A stretch of 64,000 nucleotides of DNA. Source: a bacterium. Its GTDB lineage: Archaea > Thermoproteota > Bathyarchaeia > 40CM-2-53-6. This document shows positions 32,095 to 39,237 of the stretch, piece after piece. Each line of letters opens with the position of its first letter. Positions within the stretch are counted from its first letter, which is position 1. The position numbers were made by a program, and so were the translations under genes. Where the stretch lies: positions 10,458 through 74,457 of the forward strand of contig JAJPJY010000066.1 of assembly GCA_021323995.1 (NCBI GenBank), read 5' to 3'. The notes beneath the pieces were generated by a model that made no database searches, was not told the origin of the DNA, and saw only the letters and a list, made by a program, of their open reading frames with translations.

Positions 32095-32461
32095 CCGCGT
32101 AACTGACCGCACGTCCGTTCGCTGTTCTGTCGAGGATTCCTCGGTCAGCCAGCCTTGTAAGATACGTCGACACAGTGCTTATCGGAATCTTTTCGGAGAA
32201 CGAGGTCTCAAAGGCTTTCTTTGCCTCGAGTGCGGTGAAGCTTTTGTCTTTCAAAGTGGAAATTATTGTACTAGCAAGCCTGTCAAACTTGTGGGGAGAC
32301 ACGCTAAGGGCCGAGGCGGTACCGCGAGGAGTCCCTGCCATTATCTCCACTAGGTCTAGGAGCTTGCCAACCTTCTCGCGAGTAATCTGGCCGTCAACAG
32401 TGATGGAATGTCTCACCCCTTGGTCATCGTAGAATTCGAGTTTGAAACGGCGAGGCTTCAC
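32051..32461 (-). CDS. Winged-helix protein with small N-terminal beta domain
   Basis: FTALEAKKAFE....IPISTVSTYLTRLADRGIL.R wHTH. Confidence 0.8.
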   Translation of the reverse strand: MKPRRFKLEFYDDQGVRHSITVDGQITREKVGKLLDLVEIMAGTPRGTASALSVSPHKFDRLASTIISTLKDKSFTALEAKKAFETSFSEKIPISTVSTYLTRLADRGILDRTANGRAVSYAVRVEEPKSVLSLRP

Positions 32462-32484
32462 AACAGAATACTCCGGGGAGGAGT

Positions 32485-32509
32485 TTCACACTTCACCGTT
32501 CACATGTAG
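32485..32509 (+). repeat. Putative attL TTCACACTTCACCGTTCACATGTAG
   Basis: 22/25 identical to 48328-48352; 11-bp exact core TTCACATGTAG. Confidence 0.72.
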
Positions 32510-32582
32510 AAAAGAGCTTCCCTTATGCGAGTAACCATCGCAGTGAAAGCAGTCTGGTCAGATCGTCGTCATTTTCCAGTTC

Positions 32583-32620
32583 TTCCAGTGGAAAACCATG
32601 GCTGTACCCCATCGTTCCAA
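32583..32620. promoter_or_regulatory. ORB-like boxes inside the element
   Basis: TTCCAGTGGAAA at 32583-32594 (identical to the ORB core at 48425-48436); minus-strand TTGGAACGATGGGGT at 32606-32620. Confidence 0.55.
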
Positions 32621-32641
32621 TACCTGAATGCCCGGCTGTTG

Positions 32642-32659
32642 GTAACACAACACCCGCCC
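32642..32659 (+). repeat. 18-bp exact direct repeat GTAACACAACACCCGCCC (copy 1)
   Basis: Identical to 48026-48043. Confidence 0.9.
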
Positions 32660-32692
32660 GTCCGGACTTCGTGGTTTTCGTGGAGAACAAGC

Positions 32693-33919
32693 ATGGAGAG
32701 AGATATCTCCGCGAAAGGTTGGGTCAACCAGGCTACAGAAGCGGCTACTCAGACTATCCGTATCCGCGTACTCCGAGTATGGGCTACTGCCAACGGTTGG
32801 CTCAAGATAGACCACCCTTCGAGTGCCGATATCTACATGGCGGCAGAAGAAGGGGTCGATGAGATCAATTCGAACGCTGTAAGTCTCTACGACGCCGCGA
32901 ATCGGATGCTGTCCTCGATGATGAAACGGGGATTAGGAGCATCCAACTCTGCCAGCTACTACCGGGGCAGACTAGCCGAGTTCATGAAATGGGCAAAGCT
33001 CGGTGTGGACGACACAGATTGGGACGTGTCGGTCAAGAAGATACACCGTATCGTCAGGGACGCTGGAAACCTCGACGCCAAGGGCGTAAAGTCGATGATC
33101 ATCGGGGCACGCTCCAAAAAGGGCAAGGCCCTAGTCAGCTTCGTCGCGAATACTGGCTGTCGTCCGAGCGAGGCCCTCCTTACCAAGATTTCTGATCTTG
33201 ACTTGACAAAGACACCAGCGCGTGTCCACTTCAGGGCAGAGATCACCAAGACCAGACGAGATCGATACTCGTTTCTCAGCACAGAGTGTATGAGCTTGTT
33301 GAAGGATTATTGGGGCGACAGAAAGACCGGCTACATCTTCGAGGGTCAGAAAGAGGGAACTCCAACCGACAAGTCGTCCGCTTGGGAGATGCTTCATCGG
33401 ATCATCGAAGAAGCGGGTCTGCTGGGAGAGAAGGGCGAGACTGGCACTTTCGAGATCAAACCGTACACTTTCCGAGCTTTTGCCGAGGGGGTCATGACGA
33501 CCTGTGGTATGCCGGAGAAATGGATCGACTGGTTGGTCGGGCACGGTTCAGGGGTCAAGGAACACTACCGACAGAGCGGAGTGTTCGACCGAGACATCGC
33601 CCCGGCTTGGCAAACAAAATGTAACTCAGCTTTCTGCTTCATGGCTGACACAGCTGAGACAGTCCTGAGTCTCAAGGAAGAATTAACGGAGCTGAAGAAG
33701 GGGATCGAAGTGGACAGGCAGATCATCGAGGAACAGTTTCTCAAACCGGGTATGAACGCCCCGAATCTTGGGGTCAGCACGCCACGTCCGAAGTTTGAGA
33801 CTAAGAAGATCGACAGCTCGAACGAAGAGTCTCTGGAGAAAGCTGTGGCAGAGGGATACGAACCAGTGCCAGGACTGGCGGTCAACGGGCACATCTTCCT
33901 CCGGAGAAAAGTCGCATAG
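32693..33919 (+). CDS. Tyrosine recombinase/integrase
   Basis: TGCRPSEAL (R), EITKT (K), PYTFRAF (HxxR variant), LVGHG, KEHY (Y); start placed at ATG 32693. Confidence 0.92.
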   Translation: MERDISAKGWVNQATEAATQTIRIRVLRVWATANGWLKIDHPSSADIYMAAEEGVDEINSNAVSLYDAANRMLSSMMKRGLGASNSASYYRGRLAEFMKWAKLGVDDTDWDVSVKKIHRIVRDAGNLDAKGVKSMIIGARSKKGKALVSFVANTGCRPSEALLTKISDLDLTKTPARVHFRAEITKTRRDRYSFLSTECMSLLKDYWGDRKTGYIFEGQKEGTPTDKSSAWEMLHRIIEEAGLLGEKGETGTFEIKPYTFRAFAEGVMTTCGMPEKWIDWLVGHGSGVKEHYRQSGVFDRDIAPAWQTKCNSAFCFMADTAETVLSLKEELTELKKGIEVDRQIIEEQFLKPGMNAPNLGVSTPRPKFETKKIDSSNEESLEKAVAEGYEPVPGLAVNGHIFLRRKVA

Positions 33920-33980
33920 AGGGTTCCTGATTTCTTGACAACTTGTCTTAGCGGAGCGTTCGAATAAGGGAGGTGATCTT

Positions 33981-34382
33981 ATGCAAAGGAAAATCGGACT
34001 AGTCGTTAGTGCGATCATCGTAGTGGCCGCGATCGGAGGAGTCTTCGGCTCTGGAATGCTGAGCCACGCACCACAGACGACTACAACTACCACGCCCAAC
34101 GTGTGCTTACATTGCTACAGTCTATCGCTGGTCAACACAACTTTCCTGAGCAACTCTACAGCGAGACTTTTCTTGAACGCCACAGCCCACCCGTTAACAG
34201 TCTACTCTTGGGAGCTTTACAACAGCACGGGCCTAGTCAGCTACGGCAACGTCAGCATCAGCATCCAACACAACGAAGTCGGTGCTGTCTCAGTATACCC
34301 AATATCCGCACCCGGCGCATACACCGTTGAAGTAACAACCACAGATCAGACCGTGTGGGCGTACACTGTCCATCGGTTGTAG
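33981..34382 (+). CDS. Membrane-anchored extracellular protein (possible superinfection exclusion factor)
   Basis: GGAGGTGA RBS, N-terminal TM, poly-Thr linker, beta domain with N-glycosylation sequons; function inferred from position. Confidence 0.7.
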   Translation: MQRKIGLVVSAIIVVAAIGGVFGSGMLSHAPQTTTTTTPNVCLHCYSLSLVNTTFLSNSTARLFLNATAHPLTVYSWELYNSTGLVSYGNVSISIQHNEVGAVSVYPISAPGAYTVEVTTTDQTVWAYTVHRL

Positions 34383-34391
34383 CCGCCTTTC

Positions 34392-34589
34392 TTAGGCTAC
34401 GACTTCTTTCTTTGGCATCGGCCAACCTCGCTGTTCGATGATCCGCTTCGCTTCTTCTGCTATCTCTGGAGTCGCGGCTCGGAGGCCTTTCTGTCCGCAC
34501 TTGCTACACTCAACAAAAGTTATTGGTTCCTTGAAGTCGAAGGTGCCGACAAAGTGGCAGTTGGGGCATTCGATCTTTTCTTGTGACAT
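34392..34589 (-). CDS. Zn-ribbon protein
   Basis: CPNC...CSKC. Confidence 0.75.
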   Translation of the reverse strand: MSQEKIECPNCHFVGTFDFKEPITFVECSKCGQKGLRAATPEIAEEAKRIIEQRGWPMPKKEVVA

Positions 34590-34591
34590 GG

Positions 34592-35587
34592 TTAGAACTT
34601 CTCGAAAGTGATCGTCGCTGTGTAGTCGAAACGACTGAACTTGTTTTGGAATCCGGCAGATGTCCCTACGCTAGTCGGGAAGTAAACGTCTGTCTTGCCT
34701 AGCCTGTTCTGTGTCGCAACGAAGCTGGTTGTAATGTCCACTTGTGAGTAACCCTGAGCCGCTCCCGGAGGGCTAATAGCTTGGAAAGCGTTGCCTTGGC
34801 CTAGACTGTCCCACACAGTAAGGATGTTTCCGTTTCCGTATCCGGTTGCTCCTGCACTGTTCAGAGCAAGCTGTGGGTAGAGGTTGTAGTGTATGTCGGG
34901 TTGATTTCCAGTCCACTTGACGCCATCTGAGCTGGTCGCTCCCGGTTCGTGCGATGGGTTCTGGTTCGCCCCGGATGTAACGATTGTAACGTCTGTACTT
35001 CCCGCAGACTGTGTGGAGAGAGCTATCCAGAAATACTGACCGGGTACGATTGGAGTCTGCGATAAGTCGAACTCTGCTGTGGTTGTTGTGGCATCGCCCA
35101 CAGGTTTCGACGTGGGCAGTTGTCCGAATGGAATCGCGACGCTTGGGCCTTTTCTCTGTGGCTCTGCAGGTATTCCGACTTTGGCGGCTCCGAGGATGGC
35201 TCCTCCTAGCGCATACAATCCCGAGATACCGGATAGAACCCAGAGATTTGATGGAACTGGCCCGGAAGAAGCTGTGGTTGTGTCGGTGTAGATTGTGGCG
35301 AAGAGTGTAGAACCGGCGTTGTAGTTAGTGTCGCTTAGGTAAGCTTCAAAGTCGAATCTCAGCCGTCCGACCGACTGTGTTGAGAAAATGAAGCGCTGTG
35401 CATAGTAGCTGGTGTCATCAACATCGGCCGACCCACCAGTCCCCGTACTTCCTATGGAGTTGTTGACATCCCACCCGTCCAGAGAATTGAGGGAGTTCTG
35501 CTTTCCAGTCTGCAGAGCGGAGAGAAGCCTTGAGGTAGTCAGGGTGACGTGCTTGATGTGGGAAGTTTCAGCGATTCGGGTTGCCAA
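34592..35587 (-). CDS. Virion-type beta-sandwich protein (tail/receptor-binding-like)
   Basis: S/T/G-rich; YYAQRF...PGQYFWIAL...SSDGVKW..DIHY pattern resembles tail-associated beta sandwiches (inference). Confidence 0.6.
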   Translation of the reverse strand: MATRIAETSHIKHVTLTTSRLLSALQTGKQNSLNSLDGWDVNNSIGSTGTGGSADVDDTSYYAQRFIFSTQSVGRLRFDFEAYLSDTNYNAGSTLFATIYTDTTTASSGPVPSNLWVLSGISGLYALGGAILGAAKVGIPAEPQRKGPSVAIPFGQLPTSKPVGDATTTTAEFDLSQTPIVPGQYFWIALSTQSAGSTDVTIVTSGANQNPSHEPGATSSDGVKWTGNQPDIHYNLYPQLALNSAGATGYGNGNILTVWDSLGQGNAFQAISPPGAAQGYSQVDITTSFVATQNRLGKTDVYFPTSVGTSAGFQNKFSRFDYTATITFEKF

Positions 35588-35789
35588 GTTTTTCTAATGT
35601 CTCCGACAGATACTTCTCGGTCTCAGCGAATACATAGTAGTCGTCTTGTACAAGCGCGAGTATCCACAGCTTTGCGAAATCGTCTTTGTCGAAAGCCCCG
35701 TCTTGTTCCGGTCGCCCAAGGACACAAACGAAATCGCTAGGGAAATACTGCCAGTAAACCCATAGCTCTGGATGGGCATCGGAGGGCAT
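35568..35789 (-). CDS. Hypothetical viral protein
   Basis: ATG 35789 coupled to the upstream stop (TGATG). Confidence 0.6.
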   Translation of the reverse strand: MPSDAHPELWVYWQYFPSDFVCVLGRPEQDGAFDKDDFAKLWILALVQDDYYVFAETEKYLSETLEKLGNPNR

Positions 35790-36007
35790 CAATCCTTGTC
35801 CTTCAGCTCTTTCAGTAGCTCGGGGCAGAGTAGGTGCATCTCGTCCTTGATGATGTACTTGCCGTGCGGGTCGCCCCAACATCCCTGACGTACGAGAGGC
35901 ATTACATCAAGAGCAAAGTAGAACCCTGCCGCGTCCGAGACACGCTCGAAGTACGACCTAGTCCAACGGCGAAGATCAGCGCGAGCTTCTTTCTCCTCAG
36001 TGTCCAA
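35789..36007 (-). CDS. Hypothetical viral protein with EEKEARADLRRW motif
   Basis: 72 aa, within the coupled operon. Confidence 0.65.
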   Translation of the reverse strand: MDTEEKEARADLRRWTRSYFERVSDAAGFYFALDVMPLVRQGCWGDPHGKYIIKDEMHLLCPELLKELKDKD

Positions 36008-36010
36008 GTC

Positions 36011-36103
36011 TCAGATGCCCCACAGTGAAGTGAAGAACAGAAAGTAGAAGGCTAGTAACCCGGCGATGCCCACAGCCAACAAGAAGCGATTATGAAGTTC
36101 CAA
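36011..36103 (-). CDS. 30-aa single-TM peptide
   Basis: TTG start, LELHNRFLLAVGIAGLLAFYFLFFTSLWGI; fills an operon gap. Confidence 0.45.
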   Translation of the reverse strand: MELHNRFLLAVGIAGLLAFYFLFFTSLWGI

Positions 36104-36350
36104 AGCTACAACCCCGCTCTTCTAAGAGTACGTTGGTAGCGTTTCTTCCAGTCGAGGCAGACGGTCAGGACGACCTCCACCGGAGGAAGACGCCAAGACT
36201 GTATGTACCTACTCTGTGCTTTCTTGTCCAAGTTCAGATATTTCCTGTACGGTTTAGTTGGAGGCCCCGCCGCTTGATGCAGAGAAAGTTGGTGTACCAA
36301 AATCTGCCTCGCCCAGCGGCGGAGCAACCCTACCCTCCCCAGAGCAGGGC

Positions 36351-36563
36351 TCAGGAATTGGGCGAGCTTGCTTGGTATACCTTGACGATATACCCATTAA
36401 TCTCAAGAAAGCCAAAACCCCGAGCTTTGAGCTGTCGCTGAAACTCCGGGTCGTGCAATATCTCATCGGGCAGTTTGATTCGCTCCGGGAGACCTTGGCG
36501 TGGTTGGTTGACCATGATTGTACTACCTATATCCCCATACTCGCTGGGCTTGGAACCGGGCAT
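36351..36563 (-). CDS. Hypothetical viral protein
   Basis: ATG start, 70 aa, operon orientation. Confidence 0.55.
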   Translation of the reverse strand: MPGSKPSEYGDIGSTIMVNQPRQGLPERIKLPDEILHDPEFQRQLKARGFGFLEINGYIVKVYQASSPNS

Positions 36564-36845
36564 ATCTGGAGTAGCCGAGGTAGGGATATACCCACGTTAA
36601 TTTGAGGATCGGCCGGACGCGGAGTTGAAGGTAACAGAAGTCCTACGGTAAGGGCCCATACCCTCGAGCCGTTTGACGCCATACACCCGTACGTTTCCTA
36701 TAGAACGCCTTGGCTACGCTTCGGCTACTCGTAGATGTATACCCACAATATGCTAGCACAGTGCGCACGTGAGACAAGACAACACAAGACAGACAGGGCT
36801 CGTGGTAACAGTTGTATGTGCTGTATGTACATCGCGATACGTATC

Positions 36846-37088
36846 CTACTTCTGTTCTTGTTTAGCACGCGCTCGACGCCGCTTCTCAGTATCTAGTCGA
36901 AGTCTCCATCTACGTATGTGCTCTGGATCGTCGCACGCCTTCCTGACGTATAGACGCTGACAGCGTGCACATACCTTCGAAATAGATAGTGGTGACTTCT
37001 TGGGTAGCTCAGCGATGAAGACTTTGGGCTTCGGCTTCTCGTAGGGATAATCGTCAATTGGAAAGCTTCGATGGAATGGGCTGTTCAA
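36846..37088 (-). CDS. Small Zn-finger basic protein
   Basis: CARC...C...H followed by an Arg-rich tail. Confidence 0.6.
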   Translation of the reverse strand: MNSPFHRSFPIDDYPYEKPKPKVFIAELPKKSPLSISKVCARCQRLYVRKACDDPEHIRRWRLRLDTEKRRRARAKQEQK

Positions 37089-37626
37089 TCTTGAACCAGC
37101 AACCTTCGCCTTGGAATACTATGTGGACGCGCTTCAACACGCCGAACTCATCAACCTCTTGGTCGTCAACCAGTGGCTCACCATTCCACAAGGCAGTAGC
37201 CAACGACTGGTAGTCGATTGGTGTCTCTCCGCGCTTGTCAGGCAGATTCGCTTTCTTCATGTCGAGGAGGGTCTTCGTCCAATTCAGCAAAAGCTGGTTC
37301 TCGTCTGAGGTCAGCACGCTCGACTTGCCCTTCTCTGTGAGCGTCTTGATCTGGTCGTAGATTAGCTCAGCCAAAGCTGGGTCGGGCACGCCACTGACAT
37401 CTATCGGATCGGATATACTCGGACTGAAGCTTGTTGAATGCTGTTTGTGTCTAGACACGTTCATGAGGTTCAGGTCTATACCAAGCTGTTGGGCGTAGCT
37501 GACTACATCTGACAGCGTCGAGCCTCCAGCTATCCGCTTGTCAAGCAATTCTCTGATCTCGTCGCTCTGACTACAGATACGGCAGAAGCGATTTGGTTCG
37601 TAGCCTGTCAATGCCTTCTTCTCCAA
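37054..37626 (-). CDS. Zn-binding HTH protein, small-terminase-like
   Basis: CRIC...GSTLSDVV...NVSRHKQH followed by a helical region; TerS role is inference. Confidence 0.5.
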   Translation of the reverse strand: MEKKALTGYEPNRFCRICSQSDEIRELLDKRIAGGSTLSDVVSYAQQLGIDLNLMNVSRHKQHSTSFSPSISDPIDVSGVPDPALAELIYDQIKTLTEKGKSSVLTSDENQLLLNWTKTLLDMKKANLPDKRGETPIDYQSLATALWNGEPLVDDQEVDEFGVLKRVHIVFQGEGCWFKIEQPIPSKLSN

Positions 37627-37832
37627 GTTCCTCTATCAACGCTTCCATCCAAGTAGACCTCACAGATGTCGGAAACTCTGCACGCTCTTTGATGACACCG
37701 ATTACACGCGAACCATGATGACTTCAAGTCTTGGATTGACTGGTTGTCCACATGGAAATCCGCGATGCTCTCACAGCTTGGACATTTGGCCTCGAATACA
37801 AACTCTCCAAGCCAACGAATGACTTCGATCAA
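37608..37832 (-). CDS. Zn-ribbon protein
   Basis: CPSC...CNRC. Confidence 0.7.
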   Translation of the reverse strand: MIEVIRWLGEFVFEAKCPSCESIADFHVDNQSIQDLKSSWFACNRCHQRACRVSDICEVYLDGSVDRGTWRRRH

Positions 37833-37990
37833 GTAAACATCTTCTCGACTAACTCGAATGCATCTTTGGCGTCGGAGAAATACTGTTTCGTAATCGGGTG
37901 ATTGACTCCACGAATCGGGATTGAGTGCACGAGCTTGTCGATGCTCGTGTAGAGATTGTGCACGGCTACTTGTTGTTCGTTTGTGTTCAT
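37829..37990 (-). CDS. Hypothetical viral protein
   Basis: ATG 37990 in ATGA overlap; stop overlaps the next TTG. Confidence 0.55.
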   Translation of the reverse strand: MNTNEQQVAVHNLYTSIDKLVHSIPIRGVNHPITKQYFSDAKDAFELVEKMFT

Positions 37991-38133
37991 TCCCAATCGA
38001 TCTCTGGTTCGGCGTGTACTCTTACGACTGGCTTTGGTTTCGGTCGATGTAAGCTGGCTTCTTGGACGAAGTCGTAGTTCGGTAGCAAGTATCGCCACAA
38101 GACCTGTTCAGGGTTTGCTAAGACTACGTTCAT
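37987..38133 (-). CDS. 48-aa hypothetical viral protein (below track cutoff)
   Basis: MNVVLANPEQVLWRYLLPNY...; ATGA overlaps at both ends. Confidence 0.6.
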   Translation of the reverse strand: MNVVLANPEQVLWRYLLPNYDFVQEASLHRPKPKPVVRVHAEPEIDWE

Positions 38134-38390
38134 CGATGTGTTGTCTGACGTTGATGAGTATGCGATTTAACCTGGTAATGCACAAGCACAGGTTTCTTGC
38201 CAAGCGCGTACTTGTCTCTCTGTTCCTCAGCACACGCTGGACACATCTTCGATCCAAGGAGGCTGTCAGACGGGGAGTAACGAAGGCCGCACTCAGGGCA
38301 CTTGACTGGAAACTCAGGCTTCGGCTCGGAGTGCGAACCGAGATACTCCCATTTTCTCGAGCCAAAGTTTCGATCCAGATCACGATCCAT
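38130..38390 (-). CDS. Zn-ribbon protein
   Basis: CPECG...MCPAC; start placed at ATG 38390. Confidence 0.65.
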   Translation of the reverse strand: MDRDLDRNFGSRKWEYLGSHSEPKPEFPVKCPECGLRYSPSDSLLGSKMCPACAEEQRDKYALGKKPVLVHYQVKSHTHQRQTTHR

Positions 38391-38565
38391 CTTTAAGCAC
38401 TCGAACGTTGTCTGCCTCGGCTTGTCTGTTGTAATCGCTCGGCAGAGCCCGCTTGTAATCTCGGGGTTTGAGGTAGATTTGACCACCAATATGTACTTCT
38501 TCGAGTCTACGTTCGTTGTCCATGATTCGAGAAGCGTGCGACTTTCGATGTCCCAAAATTACCAA
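38380..38565 (-). CDS. Hypothetical viral protein
   Basis: Fills an operon gap; start uncertain (ATG 38523 possible). Confidence 0.45.
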   Translation of the reverse strand: MVILGHRKSHASRIMDNERRLEEVHIGGQIYLKPRDYKRALPSDYNRQAEADNVRVLKDGS

Positions 38566-38566
38566 C

Positions 38567-38833
38567 TCAGTTTGAGGTCAAGACGAGTTCGTAAGACGCG
38601 CTACCTCGTTGAGTAACCGTAAACGTCCATGCCGCGAAGGTTGCTCCAGCAGAAGACTTTGCTATCGCCATGATCGTGGTTCCCGCGCTCTGCAGACTCC
38701 CACAGGTTATGGTGACGCCTGCTTCCTTCGTTGGATATTTGACGAACAGGTCTTTGAGATTTGGATTGTTGGCACTCGATCCGACCGAGCCCGTTTCTCT
38801 CCAAATGCCCTCAATTACTACAGGTGTAGTCAT
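38567..38833 (-). CDS. Small beta-rich putative structural protein
   Basis: ATG start, S/T/G/A-rich. Confidence 0.6.
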   Translation of the reverse strand: MTTPVVIEGIWRETGSVGSSANNPNLKDLFVKYPTKEAGVTITCGSLQSAGTTIMAIAKSSAGATFAAWTFTVTQRGSASYELVLTSN

Positions 38834-38857
38834 GTCGTTTCACTTGTTATTACAAAC

Positions 38858-38997
38858 GGCTCGTTTTCCTGCACTCGCACGAGCCCGAGCGAGTGGAATG
38901 TTGGTGCTGGATGACAGAACAGCACGAAGCAAGTATGAAAGTGCTGGCTTATTTATTCAGGAGTCCAGCTTCCTGACTGATTGGTGCGCGGATCAGT
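38858..38997 (-). ncRNA. Structured intergenic RNA with H-type pseudoknot
   Basis: Two interleaved perfect 7-bp stems plus three 6-bp hairpins in a ~165-nt gap. Confidence 0.5.
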
Positions 38998-38998
38998 T

Positions 38999-39232
38999 CT
39001 AGTCAGTCGTGCCGCCGAATACAAACTTGTATCGTCTTCCGAAGATCGCGATACCTTCTGTTCTTGCAAACTGAAACTCGATCTTCCATCGGACGAACGT
39101 GACTCCGAACAGATTCCAGATGTGTTGGTAAGTGTTGCAAGCAGATGTCTCTACTTCGTCCGTCATGAAGTCGAGAGCTGTAATCTTGCCGACATCAACA
39201 GCCAAGTTCAGATATGGTATACGAGCGTACAA
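38999..39232 (-). CDS. Hypothetical viral protein
   Basis: Directly follows the protease gene; start uncertain. Confidence 0.55.
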   Translation of the reverse strand: MYARIPYLNLAVDVGKITALDFMTDEVETSACNTYQHIWNLFGVTFVRWKIEFQFARTEGIAIFGRRYKFVFGGTTD

Positions 39233-39237
39233 GCGTT

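Noticed and set aside
32485-32509. att repeat as an archaeal dif site
   Set aside because: Lacks the two inverted 11-bp arms around a 6-bp spacer; it is built of direct TTCAC units
32525-32692. N-terminal extension of the integrase in the ORF track
   Set aside because: It overlaps the ORB-like boxes and the 18-bp repeat and looks non-protein-like; ATG 32693 is more plausible
38904-38946. Hammerhead ribozyme on the plus strand
   Set aside because: CTGGATGA...GAAA does not match the CUGANGA core, and the flanking stems do not close a three-way junction
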